Assembly (NCBI GenBank): GCA_964106915.2
Contig: OZ066914.1
Reading direction: 5' to 3' (one strand)
DNA: 64,000 nucleotides
Source: Podarcis gaigeae
Lineage: Eukaryota
In this document: positions 25,187 through 36,737 of the stretch, in pieces
How the letters are laid out: every line of letters starts with the position of its first letter
Numbering within the stretch: position 1 is the first letter of the stretch
Made by a program: the position numbers and the translations under genes
Notes under the pieces: generated by a model
What the model was told of the DNA's origin: nothing
Databases searched by the model: none
Seen by the model: only the letters and a program-made list of their open reading frames with translations

Positions 25187-25399
<213 letters not shown>

Positions 25400-25562
25400 T
25401 CAGCCAGTCTTTATATGAACTGCTAAAAATTGCCACAGGTGTCTTTTCATTCTGCATCTTTCCTCCTCACTTTATACTCCGTTTGGTCACAGATAGTGAC
25501 ACATAACAATTATGGGATTTGGAAAATTCACTTGCCTGGTTTGTACTTAGCATAGAAAACTA

Positions 25563-25742
25563 CCTTATTCTGAGTGAGAGCATTGGCTCATCTACATCTG
25601 TATTGTCCACCCTAACCTGCAGCAGCTCTCCAGGATTTCCAACAGGGTTCTCTCCCAGCCCTACCTGCAGATGCCAGGGATGGAACCTGGGACTTCCTTC
25701 ATGCAAAACTGATACTCGACCACTGAGCTACAGCCATTCCCC
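25563..25742 (-). mobile_element. tRNA-derived squamate SINE
   Basis: Minus strand reads GGCTGTAGCTCAGTGGTCGAG...GTCCCAGGTTCCATCCCTGGCATCT then the family body. Confidence 0.8.
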
Positions 25743-26449
25743 TGTGACTTATTCCTAAATGATAGAGTGTGCCACTGCACAGGGAAACTTGTGCTGCTTC
25801 ACTCCTGCTGCACTACCAGCCCCCAAGCCATGGTTTGCCTTAGAGCTATGTCCAAACCCAGGCTCGTGGTTTGTTGTCTCCCAAACCATAAGCGGTAAGC
25901 CAAGTACAAACTTTAGTTACTGATCACATTTTGTGAGCCCCTGTTCAGACATAACGCTAAGTTAAAGTACTGCAGCAGCAACAGGGGAGGAGCAAAGCAG
26001 ACACAATTCTCTCCCTGTGCACCAGCATGCTTGCTAATTCACAATAAGCCATGGTTTGGCTTATGGCTATGTGCAAACCAGACTAAAGCAAGCACAGAGC
26101 TCGGGAACCACCCCCTGTCAATTGCTACACTCAAATGGCTGGTGATTTTTTTTTAAAAAAATAAGGCTTAGGACTCCAAGTCATGTGCCTTAGTATGGAG
26201 GAGCAGAGATGTCCCACATTTAAATATCTATTTCCCAGGTTTTCCCAATGCATGAATGACCTCCACTGCAAGGATTCAAAGGGTTAAGGGAGGACTTTTC
26301 CTAGGGGAGTCATTGAAATATCATGAGTTTCAATGTCAAAAGCTGACATACATTTTGTCGCCTGGAGCACCAGGAAGGTCATAAAATGAAAAATGAAAAA
26401 CACTTCCCAACTTTACTTAATACTTGGTCACTTTGATTCAGTCACTTAC

Positions 26450-26580
26450 AGCAAAACTCTTGATATTCAGCAGGGAGAATGAAGGTCTGAGGAAGCACAT
26501 GGAAGGTTTTGAATCCATAGGTTTGCTGCATGCGAATTATGTTCTTGTACAATCTGTCCTTTCGAGTTAATTCATAAGAC
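26450..26580 (-). CDS. TTLL5: TTLL5 exon 6 ([43 protein letters not shown])
   Basis: 131 nt, cttcag| acceptor, |GTAAGT donor. Confidence 0.97.
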
Positions 26581-27144
26581 CTGAAGAGATGTACATGCAG
26601 TTTTCAGATGTCGCCTCTTTGTGAGGATCTTTGAAAATTAATTACCTTAACACTCACAAGTTTTAAGGAGCACAAGGAACTTACACAATTCTAGCTTGCT
26701 CTCTTGCTACTGTCAGTCTGAATACAACATAAAGGTCTGCAGTCACCAACTGATTATTATTGACTCTCTCCTACTGAAGGCATTCTAAAGGATGATATGA
26801 ATGTACCAAGCTTACAGAAAGATTTCTTGGTGGTGGTTCCTCATTCAAATTTCCCTAGAGATCCATTAATTCTAAGCAATAATAGGCAACTCTTTGAGCA
26901 AGTATCTCATGGCAAGGGATTTTATTTTATTTTTTAATTTAAAAACTATTTTATTAGTGTTTTTATGAAAGTTTTACTGAGCATGAGGACTTTGGTGATG
27001 GGAATTTATAAATCTCATTTGTCCCAATTTTCTACACAAGCTATAAGAGAGACTGAAGAATAATATAGTGCATATTCTAGTCACACTGCTTATTTGTACC
27101 CTTCTATAAAGGCATTTCTATGCAGTCATCACATATCCCCTTAC

Positions 27145-27251
27145 CTAGGGAAGTGGTTGACCTTTTGAATATCTGTGAGGGTTCGTAGAATGTAGGGTTT
27201 CAGATGGGATCCTGTCCACATAAGGTTATACTCATTGCTGCTTGGGTGTAC
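27145..27251 (-). CDS. TTLL5: TTLL5 exon 5 ([36 protein letters not shown])
   Basis: 107 nt, tctag| acceptor, |GTAAGG donor. Confidence 0.97.
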
Positions 27252-27643
27252 CTAGACATGACAAGGAAGTTGGGGGAAAGTATATTACCTACCAATCAAG
27301 GCACTAGATTCCAAAACAAAAACAATTCACACAGCCAGTATTAATGCACCCCCACAAGCTTTGTTTCTTCCCATATGCTTTGTTTCTTTGGGTATGTATA
27401 CAATTTGTAGGTTTCAAAATATCATACTAGACGAAAGGAATGTACATTATAAAGTAATCATATTAGAAACAATATATATGACAAGCTACCTAATGCAGGA
27501 GTGTGCTTTGTCATGCTTTTTGTTTGAACAGCTGTATCTTCACACTTCACGCTCTGAACTATATCTGTCTCTTGGCTTTAAGAGCAGGCAAACATAATTG
27601 GACTTTAAGTCTCTTCATATTTAACAAGTCCTGATGAACATAC

Positions 27644-27726
27644 CTCACGGAATCCATGAGCTGACAAAATGCTCCGCACCAGGCGACTGTCTGTTCTCAC
27701 AATCTTAAAAGACAAGCGATAGCGCT
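27644..27726 (-). CDS. TTLL5: TTLL5 exon 4 ([28 protein letters not shown])
   Basis: 83 nt, cacag| acceptor, |GTATGT donor. Confidence 0.96.
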
Positions 27727-27845
27727 CTGTGAAGAAAGTATCACAAATTTGTAACACCACCCCAGCCACATTATATTTCACTGGCTGCCAAAGGCTGCCA
27801 AAGGGAAACAGTGTTAGGGAACTTGACACATTCCATTATTCCTAC

Positions 27846-27887
27846 ACTACTACTGCTACTACTACTACTTATTATTATTATTATTAT
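27846..27887. repeat. (ACT)n-(ATT)n compound microsatellite
   Basis: Direct reading. Confidence 0.85.
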
Positions 27888-28128
27888 GGATGCAGCAAAA
27901 CCAATAAGAGTAAATTACAAAATTCACCCTGGCCCTCCCTCTTTCTTTCTTTTTCCCACATGTTTGTTTAATCAGTTAATTTACTGTTGCTGCACAAGAA
28001 AGAGCCTATGAACTTTTTAGACTTCCAAACAATGTTAAGCATTTTTTAACTCCTGTTGTTTTCAACAGACATTTTCAGAGCATGTTTAAATTCTTCTCTT
28101 AGGAACTCAGAAGGTTGTAACTTGACTG

Positions 28129-28130
<2 letters not shown>

Positions 28131-28160
<30 letters not shown>
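28131..28160. repeat. (GATT)n microsatellite
   Basis: Direct reading. Confidence 0.9.
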
Positions 28161-28298
28161 TATAGTCAAAGCAACATATAACTCTAATATGTCAAGAGCT
28201 ATTTCATTTATTTATATGACAAGAAGAGAAATCATATACAGGTAATTTCATTTTATATACTCTTGCTGAGATAATGAGTTGCATAAAACCACATTTAC

Positions 28299-28405
28299 CC
28301 CCAATCAAGCGGATGTAACTGTCCTTGGTTAGAATAGCTTCTGCATGAAATACCAAGATTGGGATCCTTCTGAATCCACCTGTCCACATGATGCATGGGT
28401 GCTCC
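28299..28405 (-). CDS. TTLL5: TTLL5 exon 3 (EHPCIMWTGGFRRIPILVFHAEAILTKDSYIRLIG)
   Basis: 107 nt, tttag| acceptor, |GTAAAT donor. Confidence 0.96.
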
Positions 28406-29264
28406 CTAAAACGGCAAAACACATTTATGATCATATACAGGAAAATGCTAATTATGAAGAGAGTCAGAATACCTGCAGACAGCAACCCCTATGTAGATTA
28501 AAACGACTTAAAAGTAAATATAAGCCTCAAGATTCAGAAACATAAAAACAGCAGTTAACCCTCTTACGACAAACATTTATTGCTGAAGTGTACAGCAATT
28601 TTCCTTTTCCTTTTTTCTGATCCAACATTTAAAGCAAGGCATTAAAATGCTTATGAGGGAAAGAGAGATGATTTTGATATTTTATGTAGCATTAGATTGT
28701 TCAAAGAATTATTCCAAGACAAACCCTTACATTTTCTGAGTGCAGTTCAAGTTATAAACTGGCCAGGTATCGTGGCAACCCATGCTAAGGCAACACCTCA
28801 GCAAGTCAAATGGCAACACATTACTACACTAAGGTTACATCTCAGCTCAAACACAGAGATGTTGACATTTGTACAGTTACCACACTGCAAAAGGCGTAGC
28901 AACGCAGAAAAATAAGAAAAAGTGGAGTTGGAAGAATAAAAGCCAGGGTATAGCATGTGGCAATGTAAAAGGAAATTCTTACTTATAAATTAAGCAAGTC
29001 ATCATATGCAGAAATGCTTTTGTTTTATCAATATTTCTATTACGTAAAATTAAAATTTGGATATTTGGGTGGTCTGATAACTATACTGCATGCACCAAAA
29101 ACTTCACAACAAGTTTCTATTAAGATAGGAGGCATTATATACCCATCTTCCAGTATTACCCTGTGCTAAAAGACATGTTAGAAACAGAAAGGAGGAACGC
29201 TTAGATATTCCCCTCACGCCAGTTTCACCTCTTTTCTCTCTAAAATAACATATAAGCTGGGAGG

Positions 29265-29627
29265 CAAAGGTAAAGGTACCCCTGGCCATACGGGCCAGTC
29301 GTGTCCGACTCTAGGGTTGCGTGCTCATCTCGCTTAAGAGGCCGGGAGCCAGCACTGTCCGCAGACACTTCCAGGTCACGTGGCCAGCATGACGAAGCTG
29401 CTCTGGCGAGCCAGCACCAGCGCAGCACATGGAAACACTGTTACCTTCCCGCTATAAAGCGGTACCTATTTATCTACTTGCACTTAGGGGTTCTTTCGAA
29501 CTGCTAGGTGGGCAGGAGCTGGGACCGAACGACGGGAGCTCACCCCGCCGCGGGGATTCGAACCACCGACCATATGATCGGCAAGTCCTAGGCACTGAGG
29601 TTTTACCCACAGCGCCACCTGCGTCCC
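29265..29627 (-). mobile_element. Sauria SINE, full length, 11-bp TSD AAGCTGGGAGG
   Basis: GGGACGCAGGTGGCGCTGTGGGT head, GGTTCGAATCC B box, (ACCTTT)n tail; TSD at 29254-29264 and 29628-29638. Confidence 0.92.
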
Positions 29628-30983
29628 AAGCTGGGAGGTGGGGAGCAGTAAATTAAGAGATCTCCTACATGGCTTACATTCTGCCCAAGAACAAAATGAT
29701 ACAAAAACACAGGAACAGGAAGGAAAATTAGGATGTACAAGGACTCAGTTGCAGGTAGGCACTTTTGCCTTTGTTAAGTATGAAGAAAAACATGCTGTTG
29801 TTTAAGAGTATACTATACAGGTACATAAACTGACAAGCAAACCAAGAATAAGAATGTTTCTTGCTACAAATACAAAGCAATGCATTTACAGTGTACTTTT
29901 AAGCTGCTGCCTTAACAGTCCTAAAAACAGCAGCTTTAGTTTACTGTTGTTCTTAAGAGATTTCCAGTTCTCACATCATTGCTGTAAACTGTAAATGTGA
30001 TAGCAGGCCATTCAAGCATATGTTACACAAGGAAGGAAGCCAAAATGCTTGATAGTCTACGTAGTGCTGTCAGCACATCAATATTTCAGCACTCTCCCCA
30101 CATTTAATTATTTCAGAATTAAAAAAAAATAGTGCACAGCATATACAATATGTCCACCAACATTAAATATTTTCCACCTATAGATGGAGCATGCAAATTA
30201 TTATATGCACCATGCTGCTTAGCTAGAGCTCTCAAGCATATTTTCAATATGACTTACAAATGCAAATAAGCTATTGCAGACCCTTCACAAAAATCACCAT
30301 TTGCCTTCATGTGAACACATGCCGAAGTCTAGGACAATTCTATCTGCATAAACTGCAAGGGGTCAATCACTGAAGGTGATTATACAGTTGTACACTTCCT
30401 TTCCCTTAAGTTCCTTTACACAGGATTCTTTTGATTATTAGACTCCCACACCACTATGTCAGTATGAAGAACATTTTTGTGTCCTCTGATGCCCCAGATT
30501 GTTCACCCTGAACACTGAGCTGGGTCAAGCAAAGATGTTAAGTCAAATATTTTTCATGCCTACTCTAACACCTTATGTAAGTGGGAACAGAGCCGAGACT
30601 GAAGGAAGGTACTTTAGGCTAATTCCTGTTCTGAGGATTTACACTAAGGACACCACAGCTCAGACACTAACATTCACCCTCTTCATGACCCTCAGTTTCC
30701 TGGAATAACATGCTGGAGGACAGCAGTCACTGCCTAGAGAATAATCCAGACATCTATGCACTGCAACCAGCTCAGTATTGCTTGAAGTATACTGAGAAAG
30801 ATGTCTGGACATGCAGACTGGAGATCCCTACAACTGTGGCACTGATCCCATGCTATTCTGTGCACAGTGTGGTATTTCAGACAAAAAGCAAACGCCTGCC
30901 AAAGCAGATTTGGTTGCAAGAAGGAAGGAAGATTTGGGCCTCAATAAGAAGAATACTGTACATAGAATCTCTAGCAGGATGTA

Positions 30984-31034
<51 letters not shown>
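30984..31034. repeat. (CA)n-(GA)n compound microsatellite
   Basis: Direct reading. Confidence 0.92.
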
Positions 31035-31035
<1 letters not shown>

Positions 31036-31383
31036 GGAGAAGATACCTGAAAAGTTTTATGGGCATTCCCACCCAATTTGAAGTGTGGTCCACGATCCTT
31101 TCAAGGATCAGCGGGCAAAACTCTTACTTATTTAAATAAATTAGAAAAAATAGTGTTCACAGTGTATATCAGTAGTCAAATAAAAGACAGCTGAGAGAGT
31201 AAGGTTGTTCAAGTGACCAGATCAAGTTATTAATTATCACTTCTAGAACACCTACAGTCTAAACACTGTACAGATATTTAAAAACAAGTATACCTGCCCT
31301 CTGGCCAACAATCCAATAAACATACTACAAAAGTAAAAAGTAACCGGGAGGGAAGAGAAAATAATGCAGTTTTCAATTCTTAA

Positions 31384-31736
31384 GGTAAAGGTAAAGGGAC
31401 CCCTGACCAATAGGTCCAGTCGTGACCGACTCTGGGGTTGCGGCGCTCATCTCGCTTTACTGGCCAAGGGAGCCGGCGAACAGCTTCCAGGTCATGTGGC
31501 CAGCATGACTAAGCCTCTTCTGGCGAACCAGAGCACACGGAAACACCGTTTACCTTCCCACCAGAGCGGTACCTATTTATCTACTTGCACTTTGATGTGC
31601 TTTCGAACTGCTAGGTTGGCAGGAGCAGGGACCAAGCAACGGGAGCTCACCCCGTCACGGGGATTCGAACTGCCGACCTTCTGATCGGCAAGTCCTAGGC
31701 TCTGTGGTTTAACCCACAGCGCCACCCGCGTCCCAT
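31384..31736 (-). mobile_element. Sauria SINE, full length, 14-bp TSD TTTTCAATTCTTAA
   Basis: Same head and tail; TSD at 31370-31383 and 31737-31750. Confidence 0.93.
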
Positions 31737-32658
31737 TTTTCAATTCTTAATACTATGAAAGTGATCTTATAGCGACAAGCTGGGATAGAAGCGCCACACA
31801 TATTACTCAGGAATAGATACTGCTGCCACTTGATGCTAGTAGCATGACTGGTTAGCAAGAGGTTTTTTCTCTATTGTACCATTTCTCTATGGCTCAGGGC
31901 TAACATTTTAGAAGATTCAGACCTCTGCAAATACAGCATATGAAACAGGATAAGGTTCCCAAAGCTCTTGTATTTCAGTATCATCTTCTATTTACCTGCA
32001 AGCATTGACAGATCCAGAGCTGTCCAGGCTCTCAGGTTAGATGGATGTTCAAGTACAAACAATTTGGAGAAGCTGAGAAATCACTTGATGTTTCTCATCT
32101 TCTCTAAACATAAATACAGATGAGCACAGATCACCACTCACTCTCTAGCAAGCAGTTTTATCTCACTTGCCTTGTACTTTGGATAAGAAACAACAAAGTT
32201 TTTTCCAAACCACAGCACAGGTGAGAGAATAACCTCCACCTTTCAGAGTTCTCCATGCACTCCAAAAGACTTGGGGAAAGAGGGGGTTGGTGGCAACCAC
32301 CAAAGGACCCATTAGTAAGTCATGGCAGTATCTGTTAAAGAAGATCAATAACAAGATCATAAAAATTGGTGATAATTAAAGATAACCATTCAGAAAGAAG
32401 CCAGAGTCAGCCAAAGGCATATTGCAAAGGGCAAAAAGTTGCCTCCCTGGAGTCTATTATACATACAATAGCTCAGCAAACCATTTAATCTTATTTCAAC
32501 ATCCACAGCACCCTGAGGGCAGGGGCCTAGTTTAGTGGATGCAGGAAAGGTTTGCATAGCACACACAGAGAGCTCTCTCCAATCTGCCACCTGAGGCAGC
32601 TGTCTCACTCTGCCTCATGGTAGTAACAATAATCATAATAATGACATTTATACCCTAC

Positions 32659-32722
32659 CCATAACTCAGTGATAGAGTAAGTGCTTTACATGTAGAAGAT
32701 CCTAAGTTCAGTCCCCAGCATC
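32659..32722 (+). mobile_element. tRNA-derived SINE 5' head, split from its body (34240-34360) by the L2 insertion
   Basis: ATAACTCAGTGATAGAG...AGATCCTAAGTTCAGTCCCCAGCATC (degenerate A/B boxes); same family as 25563-25742. Confidence 0.7.
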
Positions 32723-34239
32723 CATTTCAGTCCAGCTTTCGCTCTGGCCAAGGAACCAAGACGGTTCTGGCCACCCTAACAGATGACCTCTGTAGGCAGC
32801 TGGATCGAGGCGGGTCAGGGCTGCTGATTCTTCTAGATCTGTCAGCAGCCTTTGACATGGTCGATTACGAACTTCTGGACCACCGCCTTGTCGACGTGGG
32901 GATTCAGGCACAGTCCTTCAATGGCTGCGCTCTTTCCTTTAAGGTCAAGGACAGAGGGTGGCACTAGGGGAGGAGTCGTCATCACGGCACTCCTTGGTGT
33001 GTGGAGTGCCGCAGGGCGCAATCCTCTCCCCGATGCTTTTTAACATCCTTATATGCCCCCTCACCCAGCTTGTCTGGAGTTTTGGTTTGGGCTGCCACCA
33101 GTATGCTGATGACAGCCAACTTTATCTGTAGATGGACGGCCATCCTGACTTGGCCCCAGACACACCGATCAGGTGCTTGGAAGCTGTGGCTGGATGGCTG
33201 TGTGGGAGCTGGTTGAAGTTAAATCATTCGAAGACCCTTTGGCTGGGTTAAGACGACATGCGGCTGGTGGGCAAACTCCCATCGCTTGCAGGGGCACAAT
33301 TAATGCCAGCGCCTTCTGTGAAGCATCTGGGTGTAATCTTCGACAACGCCCTTTCTATGGAGGTGCAGGTTACAGCTACAACAAAGGCGGCATTTTTCCA
33401 TCTCCGCCGTGCTAAGCAGTTGGTCCCTTACTTCTCTCACCCTGATCTTGCCACTGTGATCCATGCAACGGTCACCTCCAGGCTTGATTATTGTAATTCA
33501 CTCTATGTGGGGCTGCACTTGAAACTGACCCAGAAACTCCAGCGGGTGCAGAATGCCGCAGCGAGACTCCTTATGGGGTCCTCACCGCGGAATCACATTC
33601 ATCCAGTGCTATACCAGCTGAACTGGCTCCCAGTGGAGTACAGGATCAGATTTAAGGTGCTGGTTTTAACCTTTAAAGCCTTATATGGCCTAGGACCCTC
33701 CTATCTACGGGACCACCTCTCCTGGTATGCCCCACGGAGGACCTTACGGTCTGCAAATAATAACATCTTGGAGGTCCCAAGCCTCAAGGAGATTAGACTG
33801 GCCTCAACCAGGGCCAAGGCCTTTTCAGCCATGGCCCCAGCCTGGTGGAACACTCCGTCACAAGAAACCAGGGCCCTGAGGGATTTGACATCTTTCCGCA
33901 GGGCCTGCAACATGGAGCTGTTCCGCCAGGTCTTTGGTTGGGGTCTTACGCCCTCTCCCCTTTCATAAGAACATGCATGACAGTGGCCTCTCAATTTTTC
34001 TCACAGGCTCATATAAGTTCAGCACAAACAGCTGGGCCTGGTGAGCATTTAAGGTCCCCAACCCTTATCTGTGGGTTGCCATCTGACTGGATTTTATTCT
34101 GATCTTGATCTGATTTTAGGATGTATTTTAATTGATTGCCTGATTTTATATTAATGTGTTATACATTGATGTTAGCCGCTCTGAGCCCGGTTTTGGCCGG
34201 GGAGGGCGGAGTATAAATAAAAATTATTATTATTATTAT
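32720..34239 (+). mobile_element. 5'-truncated L2-clade LINE (RT domain to 3' tail)
   Basis: PFQSSFRSG..T..VL..LTDDL...LILLDLSAAFDMVD, GVPQGAILSPMLFNI, QYADDSQLY, then ORF 33258-33968 with VKHLGVIFD and SRLDYCNSLY; frameshifts upstream; (TTA)n tail. Confidence 0.93.
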
Positions 34240-34360
34240 ATGCTGTTAAAGGATCAGAGAGCAAGAAGGACCTTGGAGAGTCCACAGTCAGTCAGAGTAG
34301 AGAACACTGGACTAGATGGACAAACAGTCTGATCTGGTATATGGCAGCTTTGTATGTTCA
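34240..34360 (+). mobile_element. 3' body of the tRNA-derived SINE split by L2
   Basis: CCTTGGAGAG...AGTCAGAGTAGAGAACACTGGACTAGATGGACAAACAGTCTGATCTGGTATATGGCAGCTT matches the tail of the copies at 25563 and 38088. Confidence 0.7.
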
Positions 34361-34579
34361 TGTATGACTATTCCATGTTCCTGACTCCAGAATTACAGGA
34401 GAACACAGCTTTTCAGACTCTAAAAGAATACTCAGGTGCAAGTTGAATACTGATCTTTCATGCATTGTAACCAACCAACACCCCCCCTTTTTAACGATGA
34501 GAAATAATCTTCCAAGTACGGAAGATGAGATGCAAGATGTACAGTTTCAATGTCATATACATGTACCATGTTAACTTAC

Positions 34580-34656
34580 TCTGGTCCTTCCACCACTTCC
34601 TCTTCCTCTGAGGACGAATCTGTTTCTTCCAAGTCCCGAGCCATTCCAACGGGCAT
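34580..34656 (-). CDS. TTLL5: TTLL5 exon 2 coding part, start codon at 34656 ([25 protein letters not shown])
   Basis: Resembles mammalian N-terminus [20 protein letters not shown]; |GTAAGT donor; exon probably begins at 34746 after ...gttgtag. Confidence 0.93.
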
Positions 34657-34749
34657 TTCCTGTGGACGTTTTCATACAGCCCAGAAACGATGGCCTCTCA
34701 AACTCTCCCCCGTAGAATCAGTAAACCTATCCACCAGTGCTGTTTTCTA

Positions 34750-34785
34750 CAACAACAACAGCAGCAACAACAACAACAACAACAA
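34750..34785. repeat. (CAA/CAG)n microsatellite abutting the TTLL5 exon 2 acceptor
   Basis: Direct reading. Confidence 0.9.
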
Positions 34786-36184
34786 AATGACTGCTTTGAG
34801 TAAACTGCAGATATGGAGTACCCTGGCATTATTTCCTCCCTTACAAAGAAAGTCAGGGTGGTGTCATGACAAGAGTGCTGAATCTGGGTATCAAGAACAT
34901 AGGTAATAATCCCCCTCAACCACAATGCCTATGAGCGAAGTTACTATTTCACAATATTGCTGAGTGGATAAAATATGATACACCACCCTGAGCTTATTAG
35001 AGAAAGGGGAGGATACCAATATGAATAATTAATACTCTCTAACAGACCACCTTTAATATTGATCTAAGCCACATTTTCACAGGCACTTCATGCAGAAACG
35101 TCAACAGTGTCTCCTGCATTTTGAGAACGCTTATCTATTCTTACTTATTTTATTTGTATTTCTGTATAGTGCATGGCATTATCTTGATGCTCAGAGGTTT
35201 ATAAATATACCTGATAAAATTAAATGAATAAATAACTGGCAGAAGGCTGTACTGTGATTGCCTTCCTCCTCTACTTGTACTGCTATGGGAATCAACACTT
35301 AAAATATCCACTCCAGTCACAACCTGACAGTTACATATATCCTTATCCCAGACACGTTGACATGTATTGCCCACTAATTCACCAGCTCTAATCTACCGGC
35401 TTGAAAGATTATACAATATACCATAGACTGGAAGGGGAGAGCTGAGAGAGGCGCCTGTGCTGAAAACTTGCCGGTTGTGAGAAGTTCAACTCAGATTCAG
35501 CTCAGCACCGTTTCTTTATTAACTTTTTATTCGGTTCACACTCTCCTACTGTGACCTTTGGGGCTCTTTTCCCGGCAGCCCGAGGCAAGCTTTCTTACAG
35601 TTCCTTCCTCAAAATGAAACTCAAATCCCTCCCCACACACACTACAGTGGGATAACATCGCTCCGCAACCCAAAACTGCTTTCTGCCAGCGGAGTTTGCT
35701 CTTTTAAAATAAGATGTTTAATTTTCATCAGGCAGCCCTAGGGATTGAGGGGCAGGAACACCGGGGGGGGGGGAGGGGGGACACTGCAAATGGGTAGCGA
35801 CGTCTCTCAGCCCCAACTTGAAGCGCACACCGTTCCCACAGGACGCATTCCCCCCACAAACGGGGTCTGTAGGGGGTTGGGGGGTGAAAGTGTGATGGGA
35901 AAGTCGGTCCTGCACGTGGCCCTCAGGAATCACCGATGTGAACTCCGCGAACTTTGCTGCTCAGCCAGCCAGCCGGGCCGCCCTGGCCTCTATTTAGGCC
36001 AAAGGGGGCTGTTGGGGCGAGAGGCGCCCCTCGCCCTCGGTTCCAAGGCAGGTCCCCCCCCCCCGCCCGGTCCTTCCTGTCCAGCAGGGGAGAAGACGCT
36101 GCCGCCGCCCAAGCACAACCCGCCTGCCTAAGCAAGCTCTGCAGCTGCCAGTGCCGTCACTGCCGGGCTCCCCCAGCGCCCTAC

Positions 36185-36290
36185 CTGCTGCTTCATCTCC
36201 CTTCGGGCCCGGTAGCCGCGTCTCCCGCCGGCGCTTCTCCTGTTACTACAACAACCAACAGGCAACCGTTCCCTCCCTCGCCCAAGACGC
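36185..36290 (-). other. TTLL5: Probable TTLL5 non-coding exon 1 (TSS approximate)
   Basis: CAG|GTAGGG donor at 36185/36184 inside the CpG island; start not determinable from sequence. Confidence 0.6.
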
Positions 36291-36664
36291 GTCTGCGCAA
36301 GCGCCGGCTCTCGGCTCCCGCTCGGGTTCCTTCCTCGAGCGCGTGCGCACAAAGGAACACTCGCCCGTTCGTTCGAACCTCTGCCTCTGCTAAGATGGCG
36401 TCTTGCAAGATTCCCTCTGTTAAAAAAAAGAAAGAAAGAAAATGAACCGAGGAGGCCGTAGCGCCGTCGGTTCTTCTAACCCCGCCTTTGATGAAAACGT
36501 CACAGCGCCTCAGAAGGGTTCCACGCGTGTGATTGGCGCAGTCGCTTACCCTTCCATGTGGCGCGGAGGAGAGGTCTAGCTATGGGCGTAGCGGCCAATC
36601 AGGGGAAGGCAAGCTCCAACAGTGCGCTAATCGTTGCGTAGAGTGCGGGGAGGCGGGACTGGTG

Positions 36665-36737
36665 CTTACTGCTGCTGCTGCTGCTGCTGCTGCTCTGGCT
36701 TGAGGGAGGGTGGAGAGCTGCTGCGGCTGAGGACCAG
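36665..36737 (+). other. ERG28: Probable ERG28 non-coding exon 1 (TSS approximate)
   Basis: CAG|GTAAGG donor at 36737/36738 just downstream of CCAAT and GC boxes; contains (CTG)8. Confidence 0.7.

Noticed and set aside
36500-36660. Sterol regulatory element for ERG28
   Set aside because: Only weak partial matches (GCGTGTGAT, GTGGCGCGG); no canonical ATCACCCCAC seen
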